Assembly (NCBI GenBank): GCA_963666835.2
Contig: CAXXGO010000006.1
Location: forward strand, 2,368,001 to 2,432,000
Source: Phycisphaerae bacterium
GTDB lineage: Bacteria > Planctomycetota > Phycisphaerae > UBA1845
Reading direction: 5' to 3'
DNA: 64,000 nucleotides
Below the pieces are notes generated by a model that did not search any database, was not told the origin of the DNA, and was given only the letters and a program-made list of their open reading frames with translations. This document shows, piece by piece, positions 1-10,689 of the stretch. A program made the translations under genes and the position numbers. Each line of letters starts with the position of its first letter. Within the stretch, counting starts at the first letter, position 1.

Positions 1-414
1 GTTGCCCACGATCGCCGTCTCGGGGTTTGCGAAGGACGCCCGGTCCCGATAAACCTCCACGTTCCCGGTCAGGCGGACAATCTGGCCGTCATGGAGCCGA
101 TTGATCAGGTATGACGAGTTGAACCAGCGCACCGCACATTCGCCGGTGCCGTCGACGACGTTGGCCGTGACGCTTTGGCGGGCGAGAGGACCGCGCGTCC
201 GCACCCGCCGCAGCTCGCCGACGATGGTGGCGACTTCGCCCGGCTCCAGTTCTCCGATCGGTAGTGATTTCGGCCTGAGTGCGTGGCGAAACGGAAAGTA
301 CTCGATCAAATCTCCGACGGTATGAACGCCGAGTGCAGCAAACGCCTGGGCACGAACCGGACCTACCCCCGGGACGAATCGAACGTCCGTATCAAGTGCT
401 GCCCCGCAACTCAA
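1..414 (-). CDS. recG: ATP-dependent DNA helicase RecG, N-terminal part (runs off the window start)
   Basis: Manual translation (not in the ORF track): DVRFVPGVGPVRAQAFAALGVHTVGDLIEYFPFRH...IGELEPGEVATIVGEL...DGTGECAVRWFNSSYL...FANPE, typical of the RecG wedge/OB region. Start codon uncertain (TTG at 414). Confidence 0.85.
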   Translation of the reverse strand, partial: MSCGAALDTDVRFVPGVGPVRAQAFAALGVHTVGDLIEYFPFRHALRPKSLPIGELEPGEVATIVGELRRVRTRGPLARQSVTANVVDGTGECAVRWFNSSYLINRLHDGQIVRLTGNVEVYRDRASFANPETAIVGN

Positions 415-532
415 GACAGAAGCTCCATCGGTGCCTCACCTGGACACACCTTCGGGCGATCGGCATCACCAACGTGCTACGCATCCCATTGCGGAGGAGT
501 CTGTCTATCAAGGCCTTCGGGCGCGGGCACCC

Positions 533-931
533 CTACGGAATAAGCAGGCGCTGCCCGACCCTGATCTTGTTCGGGTCGCCGATCTTGCTGCGGTTTGCCT
601 CGTACAGGTCCCTCCACCGGCTCTGATCACCGTAATACATGCGCGCAAGCCGGTACAGCGTATCACCTTTCTCGACCACATGATAGCGTTCGGAGGTCTG
701 CGGCTCTTCCGCCGGGAGGGGTTCATACACGGTCCTCGCCGGCGTTGGCGCGGGGCTGCTGTATTGGTCATACTCCTCCACCGGCTCCTCGTAGACGGGT
801 TCGGGGTAAGGCTCGACGTAGGCCGCCGAGGCCTGCGGGTCTTCCGTCTTCTTCCCTCCGAAGACGCTGCAACCGCCTACCATTACCGTGATTAGAAGAA
901 ACGCCGATACGAGACTCGCGATCCGTCGCAT
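533..931 (-). CDS. LysM peptidoglycan-binding lipoprotein
   Basis: GGAGG RBS before ATG at 931; signal peptide with lipobox-like VGGC; C-terminal LysM YHVVEKGDTLYRLARMYYG...IRVGQRLLIP. Confidence 0.9.
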   Translation of the reverse strand: MRRIASLVSAFLLITVMVGGCSVFGGKKTEDPQASAAYVEPYPEPVYEEPVEEYDQYSSPAPTPARTVYEPLPAEEPQTSERYHVVEKGDTLYRLARMYYGDQSRWRDLYEANRSKIGDPNKIRVGQRLLIP

Positions 932-1094
932 GGTGGTGACCTCCTGTCGTGAACCTGGGTTGTCAAACAGTCCACCTTCGATGATAGCCCAGGCAAAGGC
1001 CATGTCAACGACGAAGTCCCGACGTATCGCCTGCAATATGCGGGAATCAACGAACGGTACGCGGAGCCCGACGGGAAGTTGATGGGGCGATGCA

Positions 1095-1523
1095 CTAGCC
1101 GGCTTTGGTTACCGTGGCCGCAGGCCAGAAGATCAGCGGGTGATCGAACCGCAGACCAGCCCCCATCATGGAGTTTTCCCCGCGTCGGAGCTGCTCGGTC
1201 CGGACAACGGTGGCGAAGCAAGCTTCACCCAGGTACTTCATCAGCTCGGATGCGCCATTACGGTCTTCCGCCAGGACTACCTCAAAACGCTGGCCGACGG
1301 CCAATCCGGCGGATGCCGGAACCTGCACGAAAAGCCCCCCGGAGCCAATATTGGTGGCCGTGCAACGGCACACCTTCGGGCTGCCGACTCCAACCAGAGC
1401 CGCGGCCATTTCAGCCCGAATTCGCCCGGTGGTTCGGTGCTCTTTCTGCAGGGAACCGGAGCTTTGACCGTTACGGTTCGATCTTGCCGAATCAACCAGC
1501 GGACATTCCGGCGTATTGAGCAT
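1095..1523 (-). CDS. PilZ domain protein
   Basis: RxxxR (EHRTTGRIR), NIGSGGLF, VVR and GAGLRF motifs; GGAG RBS before ATG at 1523. Confidence 0.75.
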   Translation of the reverse strand: MLNTPECPLVDSARSNRNGQSSGSLQKEHRTTGRIRAEMAAALVGVGSPKVCRCTATNIGSGGLFVQVPASAGLAVGQRFEVVLAEDRNGASELMKYLGEACFATVVRTEQLRRGENSMMGAGLRFDHPLIFWPAATVTKAG

Positions 1524-1779
1524 TGCCGGCTCCTTAGCAGGCGGATACGCGCTCCCTCGCGAAGGAAATCCCGGCACATCCGTGTGCGTGAACCTGGTTT
1601 CCGGGGCTTGTGGTATGGCGTCGAGTTCCACGCTGTCCCCCGAAATCCGACCGCGCGGGTAGTATAACGCGCCCTCATGGCTCGTCAATCGAGCGCACGG
1701 CAGATGGCGGGGTTTCGAGGCTTGCGACGCGACATGCCCGAGGTATGCGCTCCCCGGGTGATGGGGGCTACGCCACTCG

Positions 1780-2391
1780 TCACTTTGTTCGAGGATTTCT
1801 GCCGTTTGCGGTAGGTCTTTCGAAGTCCGTCGTTCGAAAAGTGACTAATGCCCAGATGAGCGCTGGGACTATGCACGTGCAAGCCGGGCCGAAGAAGAAG
1901 AACTCGTACGATGCGGCCACGATACGTTGCCCGAGCGGGCTGAACTCGTAGAGGCGGATTGGCCCGGGGCTGATGAACCAGTACAGCAGCATCGTTCCCG
2001 TACGGAAAATCACGAAGATATTGACCAGGATCCACCCCAGAAGCAGCGCCCGCCATTTCCGCTTCCAGGATATCGGGCTTGCCAGAACCAGAGTGATCAG
2101 CACTGCGTTGGGCACATACCCCGTGCGTCCCGTGTCTATGGCCACCGGTGCTTCGCCGATCCTGCCCTTGATTCGTTTGCCCAGCATTACGTCCAGATCG
2201 GCTTCTCCCTGACCGACGGCCGGCTTGCACGATACCACGCCGGATGCTCCGAACTTCCCGTAGACGATCTCGGTCGTCTCGGCGAAGAACCAGCGATATC
2301 CCTCGCGCACTCCCGGCCACCGGATGACGAGAAGCACGTATAACACCATCGCCAGACCAACGGACAGAAGGATGGCCTTACGACTTGGCAT
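1780..2391 (-). CDS. Exosortase H-associated membrane protein (exosortase-like, catalytic Cys absent)
   Basis: Multi-TM ORF overlapping the stop of the exosortase gene; aligns without gaps to the exosortase core but has Arg at the catalytic Cys position. Confidence 0.7.
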   Translation of the reverse strand: MPSRKAILLSVGLAMVLYVLLVIRWPGVREGYRWFFAETTEIVYGKFGASGVVSCKPAVGQGEADLDVMLGKRIKGRIGEAPVAIDTGRTGYVPNAVLITLVLASPISWKRKWRALLLGWILVNIFVIFRTGTMLLYWFISPGPIRLYEFSPLGQRIVAASYEFFFFGPACTCIVPALIWALVTFRTTDFERPTANGRNPRTK

Positions 2392-3023
2392 GTTGCCTGC
2401 TCGCAGTCTTGTCCGCCGCCCACAACGCCCACAGAGCCCACGCCAGGATTGCGAGTAAGATGAATGTGAGCTGCCAGACGTCGTGGTGCATGATGTCGAA
2501 TGTCTCAGCGGAGAAGTGGATCCCGATATAGAAGAGACTGACCACCCGCACGAGGTTCATCACCATCAAAACCAAAAGGCCGAAAACCAGACCGGGCAAT
2601 TTCGTCCAAGCCAACACCGGTGATGCGAGTACGGCCGCCACCAGCAGAATCGACGGCTGGAAAGCATCGCACCCGCGCTTGATGTTGACACTGTACCGCG
2701 GCGAACTGATGTTCGTGCCGGACACGGTCATGTTCTCCCCGAACATCTCCAGGGTGGAACCCGATATCTTCGCCCAGAAGTGCAGATAGGGCGGGACCAC
2801 CTTTCTCTTTGGCGAAATTCGTGGCCAAGGCGATCTCGAACACGCCCAGGATTATGAGCAGCGGGGCGACGAATCTGACTATCGGGTGTCGGCGGTTGAT
2901 CCAGCGGCGCCGCGGACGCGTTGCGGCCGATGGTTTGCGGTTTGCCGACCCCTCCGCCGGTTCGGACTCCGAGCCCCTCTTTCGTGAAGCCCCGCCCTTG
3001 CGTTTTGGTGGTTTCTTCGCCAT
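2378..3023 (-). CDS. xrtH: Exosortase H (IPTLxxWG-CTERM-specific); one frameshift near 2803
   Basis: ORFs 2505-3023 (N-term) and 2378-2800 (C-term) join by removing one A (FAKEKVVPPYL). Catalytic-type residues: RGCDA, NLVR, MHHDVWQ. An IPTL-CTERM substrate lies at 13164-13934. Confidence 0.85.
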
Positions 3024-3310
3024 GCCCTGTTGCCGAGAAGCTAGCTGTCATCCAGCAGTGTTTGATCCTACCATTGGCGGTAATGATACCAGACTTGATT
3101 TCGTCGTTCAAACCTATTGTTGGTCCGAGGGCTAGTTTAGAGAGTGGGAACGTGCCGGCGTGATTGCTGTGCGCCGGGACTTGATAGGCGCGTGGGCATG
3201 GGATACGTCCACCTGTTGCGAGGGCTGGGGAAGACGCAGTCTGCCCGGATGCGGGAGTGACAACATTACGTCATTTGGGAAACGCAACGACGTTTGGGAA
3301 CCGGACGGCT

Positions 3311-4823
3311 TCACCTTGCGCCGGCCGTTCTCGACGAGTGCGACCACATAGGCGTCCGGGTGTAGTGCCTCATCATGTCGAGAGCCGCCGCGGTCAGAAT
3401 ATCGTACATGAACTGAGAAGCATCAGACCGGGGAATAAGCACCAAGAGTGCGGGGATGAGCAGGTAGTACAGCACTCCTGTGTAGATCAGCCCCAGGAAC
3501 AGAATGAAACCGTAAGGTCTGATGCCCCGGTAGAACGCCCCTACGGTTCGAGGGAAAAAGGTGTTTCGAGAACCCACGAGCCGTCCAGGGGAGGAATGGG
3601 TATCAGGTTGAAGAACGCCAGGAATATGTTGATTACGAAACTGAGTTTGAGAATGGTCAGAATCGCCCCCGACGATCGGAGCCAACTCGAAACCGGACGC
3701 CGTCAACCGCGGCGAAGAAGTTCAGGCTGGCGTAGTCGTTTATCCGGGGCGTCGGGCACGATGTGGCCGAGGCGCGCAGACCAGTCCGAGCATCAACATC
3801 AGCGATAGACAGGCCAGCAGCAGATTAGCGCCGGGTCCTGCCAGCGAAACGAGAATGTGACCTCGACGCGGATTGTCGAACGACTCGGTGCGCACCGGGA
3901 CCGGGGCGAGCCCAGCCGAATACCCCGGCATTTGCCAGGAACAGGATCAACGGAAAGTACGATGGTCCCCAGCGGGTCCCACGTGGGGCCAGGGGATTCA
4001 AGGTCACTCTGCCGAGCCGCCGGGCAAGGTCATCACCGAGCCACCCACGCCACCGTTGCATGACCGGCTTCGTGGAACGTCAAAGAGACCAGGGACGACG
4101 GCAAGCCCCGCGACCAGCAGTCCCCAGTTCCGCCCCTCGGAAGCCGGAGATTCCCCGGGTTGGGCAGGCACGGGATCGTTCTCGGTATACTCATCCGGGC
4201 CTGGGCCGTCCGCCGCCCTGGAGTGGCGGATAATTGCTAACCAATCCGATGCCTCGCCACCACGTTCACGACCAACCCCAATCCGAGCAGGATCAACGCC
4301 AACCGACAGAGTGTTCGAGAGTGACTCCAAGCTCGGACAGGACGAATCCTCCGGCGGTGTAGCAAAACGAGAGTCACGACGGCAGCGGCCCGCCAACAAC
4401 CCCCAACCCTGGGATGAACACCAACGCGGCCGATATCAAGGCCCAGACGGCCAGGCGCGATACTTTGGGCCATAGCAGGGGGGCGGATGACGCCGGCTCT
4501 GGGTCAAGCGCGGTTGCCGCCTGTTCTACTTCCCGCCGGGCTCCGAGATGTTGGATCAACGGCGCTGCCAGCCCACCCGGGACGACGAAACCAATTTCGA
4601 GGTCGAACGTCTCGAACCGGATAATGTAGCTCGTCCCGTGCTCCGCGATGTAGATGTCTCGAGCCCAGTTCTCACGCGCGATAGCAAGAGAATCGTCCCC
4701 GCGCTGCGCAAGGTGACGCTGTCGGGCGTCCAGGCGGATGGTCCATCCGCGACCGCGCTCATCCGTCCACGTGTTCTCGATCGGCTGCGGGCCGGATGGC
4801 GAGCTGGAATCAGAGACGCCCAT
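3311..4823 (-). CDS. Site-2 (M50) membrane metalloprotease with N-terminal extension; multiple frameshifts
   Basis: Pieces in several frames: SLTFHEAGHA, GDDLARRLGRVTLNPLAH, PVPV, VSLAGPGANL, FFNLIPIPPLDG. Ends approximate. Confidence 0.8.
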
Positions 4824-4914
4824 GTGTTACTTTCAGCAGGTTGAGCCCCGGCCGGATCCGGGTGGGGCGATCGCGCTAATCTTGCCCACGACGATGGCAC
4901 GCGCGATATCTTCG

Positions 4915-5677
4915 CTAGCCGTCGTCGAACTCGTCGCCGCGGAAACTACTACCCAAATAGGCCTTCCCGGGACCAGCGGATCGCGTAACGATTTCCGATG
5001 GGACACCCTCCGCCAGCTTCTCTCCATCGTTGATTATGTAGCTGCGATCGGTCACGCGAAGCGTTTCGCGGACGTTATGGTCCGTAAGAAGCACAGCGAT
5101 TCCGCGGGTCGCGCCGCAAGTGCAGAATCTCCTGCTGCAGATCCTCAACCGCTTTGGGGTCGACGCCGCTGAATGGCTCGTCGAGCATAATCAGCTTTGG
5201 ATCAGTCACCAAGGCGCGGGCCGATCTCGAGTTTGCGACGCTCACCACCCGACAGCGTCCGGGCCAACTGTTTGCGCTGCTTCGCCAGCCCGAACTGCTC
5301 GACAAGCTGCCCCGCCCGTTCGAACCTCTCCCGCCGGGGGAGATCCCGCATGGTCTCGAGGATGGCCAGGATGTTCTCCTCGACGGGTCAGCCTTTGAAA
5401 CACGCTTGGTTCCTGCGACAGGTACCCCATTCCCAGTTGGGCACGCTTGTACATCGCCAGGCGACGTTACGTCCCGACCGTCGAAGGCCACCGTACCTTC
5501 CTCGGCGTCGATCATGCCCACCGTGATCCGGAACGTAGTGGTCTTTCCGGCCCCATTCCGGCCAAGCAGGCCCACAATCTCGCCGTGGTTCACGTGGAAT
5601 CCAAGCCGATTGACCACAGCTCGCCCGTCATAGCGTTTGACCAGGCTTCTCACTTCTAACAGCGGACTCTCAATCAT
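4915..5677 (-). CDS. lptB: LPS export ABC transporter ATP-binding protein; frameshifted
   Basis: [45 protein letters not shown] and [11 protein letters not shown] motifs spread across frames. Confidence 0.9.
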
Positions 5678-6150
5678 GATTCCAGCCAATGTTCCACAAC
5701 AGCCACATCCGAAAGTACGATCGCGACGTTACCCTACCACTTTTGGTAGCCGAACGGAAGAGGCCGTGAGGTAAAGACCCCAATTTTGAGGCCCCGGTTG
5801 TGAAAACTCCATCGCGCGAGTCTGAGACGCGTGTGAACGCGGCGAGCCACCCCCCGGACGGCGACCCATGATTCGACCGGGATGCGGTGCTAAAGCGTTT
5901 ACTGCGATGATGTTATCACTGGGAATCACTGTTTGCTCGACACAGTCCGCAGATCATGTGTGTTGTTGAAACTGCAATAATTGGTTCCGCAATGCACGTC
6001 TCAGGATCCCCTGGATGGTTGATAGCCGGTGGAAAAGCAGTGCCTGGTCGTAAGCCGTGAACGACTGTAACCCGCTGGATTCGCTGGTCGAATTGGGGAA
6101 TACCCTTGGCGAGCAACTTGCGGATATGGGTAACGCACTCCAGTGGAAGG

Positions 6151-7895
6151 TTAGCGAATCCAGCGCATCCGGCCGACGTCTGGAACGACCCGGCCTGTGA
6201 TGACGGGAAGCCAATCCAGCCACTGAACTCGTGTCGGGCTTGGCCAGTACACGAAGAACGCCTTTCCAATCATCCTGATCCCGCGGAACCGTGCCGAGTT
6301 GAACGTCTTCGCCGCGGCCCACCAGATGGGAGCCCACCTCATCCCATAGACGCGAGTCTTTGCTGGCCGCGGTGTTGTCGCCGAGCATGAAATGCTCGTG
6401 GTCTCGGAGCAGTATCGGGCTTTGCGGGCTGGCCCAGCCGCCGCGAGGGGCCCAGGGCAGACTCAAGGCCCGGGTGTTCCCCGGGGTGTAATAATAGACG
6501 TCGCGGTCGATACCCACATGCATCAGGTCGAACGAGGCACCGCCGCCCCCGAAAAGACGCGGAGGAAAAGACGGAGCCGGCTGCGCGGCGTTACGCCGCA
6601 CCGCCAAGCGAGGACCATAGTAGTCCGGGTTTTCGGGATCTGAGGAACTGGCAAGAACCTCTTCCCCTCGCACGTGGAGAGCTAAGCGGTAGTCCACGTT
6701 CTCGAACGCGACCTCAACTGACCTCTCCGACCCTGAGCGGAGCCAGTTGCCGCGAGAGATTGATGGAGCCGGAGGCCGTGCGCCCGTCGGCCGACTCCGT
6801 AATCGTTACCAGGCCGTTCATCTGGATCGTGGCCCAGAACGCCCGTCCGTGCTTCTGAAGCCGAATCTGCAAGTCCCCGTCCGGATTCCGCGGAGTCAAT
6901 ACAAACCTGACCCGCTGGTCGGAAACGGGGGGCGGCTGGCGCCGGTGAATATTGTATGAGCATGAGGCGAGAATCGGCTTGCCCTTCAGCTCGATGTAAT
7001 CCTGCTCCAACTGTTGATCTTCAACGTGATCCGTCGGTTGCCGGTGTCCCATCCGGAGGATCTGATGTGATTAGCCTGCCATCTTGGTTGATACTTCTCA
7101 TTGGCCTTAGGAGGGAAGTCATGATCGTACACCACAACACCACAGGTCCTTTTTGAGCCGTTTTGGTCTTACGAGCGATTCGCATCTTCGTGTCCAACTC
7201 TTCGAACACCTCGCGCGGGACCTTGCGGAGCTCGCCGCGTTGCTTCCCCACACGCAGCTCGTACTTCTCGTGGCGGAGGCTGTCCAGCTCGGCCGCGGTT
7301 TCCGGGGTGAGTTGGTCGGTGGGCACCGTGTACACGTCGCCGTCCACGATCATCAGCACTTCACCGGGCAAGCCCACGAGCCGCTTGATGTAGTTCGTAG
7401 AGCCGTCGGCCGGATCCTTGAAGACGACCACGTCCCAGCGGGCGGGGCCCAGAGCGTTCAGGCCAAGATCGAACGGCCACTTGAGTACGAGAATACGATC
7501 ACCGGTTTCCGGGTTCTGCAGGCGGTCGTTTATAGCCGCTGTCGAGTTGGCGTGGTTACAGTTCGGGCAGATTGCCTGGGCTTGGGGGCCCACCAAGAGA
7601 GGTGTTACGCTTCTCGCCCAGGTCCCTCAGTCCGTATGCGAACTCCGTGCCGCAATCCGCGCAGGACTATCGTACCATGGGCGCCGTAGAGGGTAGGCGC
7701 CATCGAGCCCGTGGGGATGACGAACGCCTCGATCACGAACGCCCGAAACACAAAGGCCAGGATCAGAGCCACAACGATCGACTCGATCGTCTCTTTCACG
7801 CCTTCAACGCGCGTTGGGGATTCTGTTGTCGAGGCCGTTTCAGTTATCACCTCAGATTCATTCCCATGCCCAGCTTGGAATTCGCGCGGCTCCAC
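6151..7895 (-). CDS. lepB: Signal peptidase I (long planctomycete type); frameshifted
   Basis: AFVIPTGSMAPTL (Ser), GDRILVLK, WDVVVFK...NYIKRLVGLPGE (Lys), FMLGDN...SKDSR and IGKAFFVYWP in successive frames. Confidence 0.9.
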
Positions 7896-7973
7896 GAGCC
7901 GACCTCCCCTGTAGTGTACCCTCAGCCTCTCGCGAAGCTACCCACCGCCGGGGGCTCCGTCCATTCCGGCCGC

Positions 7974-8190
7974 GGGTGCCCCGTTCACTCCGGCGTTTGT
8001 TGGGCTGGAGTAGCCGCGTCGACTCCCCGCCGGAGTGGGTGGGGGACGGATTGAGACCCCGCGAGGGATTCGCCTTCAGCAATCAGTCCCCCACCCTTCG
8101 CCTGGGGCATGGTGCGTACGCCGTAACCACCCCTGCATCCGGGGCTCTTTCTCTACTGCGATACAACACCGCGCGAAGGACGGGGCACCC
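7974..8190. repeat. Nested palindromic (REP-like) intergenic element
   Basis: Outer IR GGGTGCCCCGT (7974) / ACGGGGCACCC (to 8190); inner stems CACTCCGGCG/CGCCGGAGTG, GGGTGGGGGA/TCCCCCACCC and CCTTCGC/GCGAAGG. Confidence 0.6.
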
Positions 8191-8286
8191 GGCGCGCGCA
8201 AAAACCGTCCGGCACTGCGGCCTGCCCGTTGCGATGGGACGGCTGGAACGCCGGACGGGTTTATTCGATCGTCGATGCCGCGTTGG

Positions 8287-9663
8287 TTACGCCGGCTCTG
8301 CCGCCTTTGCCTTGGGGGCCTTGAGGATCAAGGCCAAGGCTGCGGCTACGAGGCATGCAATTCCGGCGATGAGGAACGGGGTCTTCCACGCGTTGACAAC
8401 GCCGGCGGCGTTCACATCGCCGGCGGCGGCCGCGGCGGTCGCGGCGGCTGCGGCGGTGTCCTGGAAGTACCCAGCGATCAGCGGACCTACGATGCCTGCA
8501 ATACCGTATGCCGGGAATACCAACGGGTAGTTCGTACCCACCCTCTTGTTCCCGAAGAAGTCGGCCGTGGCGGCCGGGAAGAGCGCGAAATTGCCGCCGA
8601 AGTTGAATCCGATGATGCAAGCTCCGATGATCAGGCCCATCTCAGTGGCGCCGACCTTGAAGAACAACAACAACATCACGCCCTGGAGCAGGCACATCAG
8701 GAAGAGTGATGCCTTACGCCCGATCTTGTCGGAGGCGGTGCCCCAGACGATTCGACCGAGCCCGTTGAGGATGGCGTACCACGCCATTGCCGTTCCGGCG
8801 ATGATGCCTGCGGCGTCCTTGTCCGGGGCGACGCCGTTGGCGACCAAGCTGTCGCTTCCGAATAGCCGGATGCAGCCGATCACCATCAACCCCGCCATTG
8901 CGGACCCGGTGAACATCAGCACCAAGCCCCAGTACTGCGGCGTGGCGACCATCTGGCCGGCGGTAAGATCATGTGCGCCGGTCGGAGCAGCTCCGGTAGT
9001 TGCCTCGGGGTTCCAGCCGGCCGGCTTCCAACCCGCAGGGGGATTGACCATCACGAGACTGCCGAGCAGCACGAAAACGAAGAAGATGATGCCGTACACC
9101 ACGAACACTGCTTGCACGCCGGGCAAGTCCATGAACTTGTGGTCCAGGTTCTTGATCAGTCCCCCATCGAACCAGTTACCCGCCAGCTTGACCCAGATTG
9201 TCGCTCCGAATCCGAATCCGGCGACGGCCAATCCGGTGATCATCCCTTTCTTGTCGGGGAACCACTTGACCCCGACGGCGATGGGCACCACGTAGGCCAG
9301 CCCGATTCCGGCACCGCCGATAATCCCGATGCACACGAGTTGGGAGACGAAGGTCTTTCCCACGAGCCCTCCCAGGACGTAGCCGATCCCGAGGACTGTC
9401 CCTCCGACCATGGCGACCACTCTGGGCCCGGACTTCGCTTGCCAGCGGCCGGCGAACAGCATTGCGACCGCAAACGCGGCCAGCCCGGCCGAGAGGACCC
9501 ACTGGGTCTGGGTGGCGGTGAAGCCGTATCCGCCTTCCTCTATCGGGTCATTGAGCGTCGTCGTGAACACGCTCCAGGCATAGATCGCACCGAGGCACAG
9601 TTGGATGAGGATCGCTCCTATCACCACGAACCACCGGTTCATGACCTTGGTCTCGTTCTCCAT
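8287..9663 (-). CDS. OFA-family MFS transporter (oxalate/formate antiporter-like)
   Basis: NRWFVVIGAILIQLCLGAIYAWSVF, VKWFPDKKGMITGLAVAGFGFG, NGLGRIVWGTASDKIGR, FPAATADFFG; about 12 TM helices. Confidence 0.9.
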   Translation of the reverse strand: MENETKVMNRWFVVIGAILIQLCLGAIYAWSVFTTTLNDPIEEGGYGFTATQTQWVLSAGLAAFAVAMLFAGRWQAKSGPRVVAMVGGTVLGIGYVLGGLVGKTFVSQLVCIGIIGGAGIGLAYVVPIAVGVKWFPDKKGMITGLAVAGFGFGATIWVKLAGNWFDGGLIKNLDHKFMDLPGVQAVFVVYGIIFFVFVLLGSLVMVNPPAGWKPAGWNPEATTGAAPTGAHDLTAGQMVATPQYWGLVLMFTGSAMAGLMVIGCIRLFGSDSLVANGVAPDKDAAGIIAGTAMAWYAILNGLGRIVWGTASDKIGRKASLFLMCLLQGVMLLLFFKVGATEMGLIIGACIIGFNFGGNFALFPAATADFFGNKRVGTNYPLVFPAYGIAGIVGPLIAGYFQDTAAAAATAAAAAGDVNAAGVVNAWKTPFLIAGIACLVAAALALILKAPKAKAAEPA

Positions 9664-10114
9664 CGCCGCAAAACTCCTTCCAATGGTTCGCTGCTTGCAG
9701 CCCGGATACTCCAGAAGCTGAAGGAGACCGGGGTGTCGGTCGGCTCCAGCCACGCCAGCCCGGCCTGCACCTCGCAGGACCGAGCGATTCGCGTACTACA
9801 GGCAAATTATTCGTCCAGGAACAACGCCTCAGGCCGGATTGCGCTCCGAGCCTCGCGGGGCAATGGTATTACATGCGCCATGGCACCGCAACCTCCCGAG
9901 CCGCGCGCCGGATCGGTCCGGCTGCCGAGCCCGGTTTAACGAAGTGGCGAAGATGCATGAGGGTTTAACCGGCCCTCCCAGCGTCGCCTGCGGGATCGTC
10001 CGGCCAACTCGGATTACTCATGGCGTTCGTACAAATGCGCGTAACTCAAACACAGCCCTTGCTTGTGGATGGCCTTATGGGAACACAGCGCACTTCCGCG
10101 CCAGGGGCAAGACG

Positions 10115-10584
10115 CCTCGTTGTTCTACACATCATTCGACGCATCCACTAACGGCAGCCGTCCGTTTTTCGATCTCGATTCTCCAGCCCGAAGGGCTCAG
10201 ATGAAGTAGACGGGGGCAAGTCCGCCATCGGCGGACGCCGCCCCCGGACCCGCTCCCCACAACCGGTCTGCCCCTGAAGGGGGCAAACGGCTTCGGCGGA
10301 TGTGTTTCGCCATGAGTTCTGACTCGTTCTCAAAGGGGTCGGACAGCCGAGACAGACGCGCGGTTCATCGACACCGTCTCTTTCACCCTGTCAGGGTGAT
10401 TGGGATTGTTGGGATCTCACCCGGGGGCGGCGGCCGCTGCGCGGCCTTGCCCCCGTCTACTATCTTGCGGGCTTTCAGCCTGAACACCGAGCCGGCTTGC
10501 GGCTTGTCAGGTTGAGGAATACGTCGCCGCGGAGTCGGACGGATACGCTTCACTCGTCCGGCAAAGATGTGCAGAACAACGAGG
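10115..10584. mobile_element. MITE copy 1 (470 bp, 18-bp TIRs, 8-bp target duplication)
   Basis: TIRs CCTCGTTGTTCTACACAT (10115-10132) and ATGTGCAGAACAACGAGG (10567-10584), flanked by GCAAGACG at 10107-10114 and 10585-10592; no credible ORF. Confidence 0.8.
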
Positions 10585-10689
10585 GCAAGACGCCAGGGAC
10601 AAGCCCTGACGCTACATTGATTCACGGCCAGCAATCCGCGTGGATGGACGATTCGGGTGAAGGCAAGACCCGGCCGTTCGGAGATATGC

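Noticed and set aside
2378..7895. Pseudogene calls or programmed frameshifting for xrtH, lptB and lepB
   Set aside because: Many scattered indels in normally essential genes with intact motifs fit sequencing error better.
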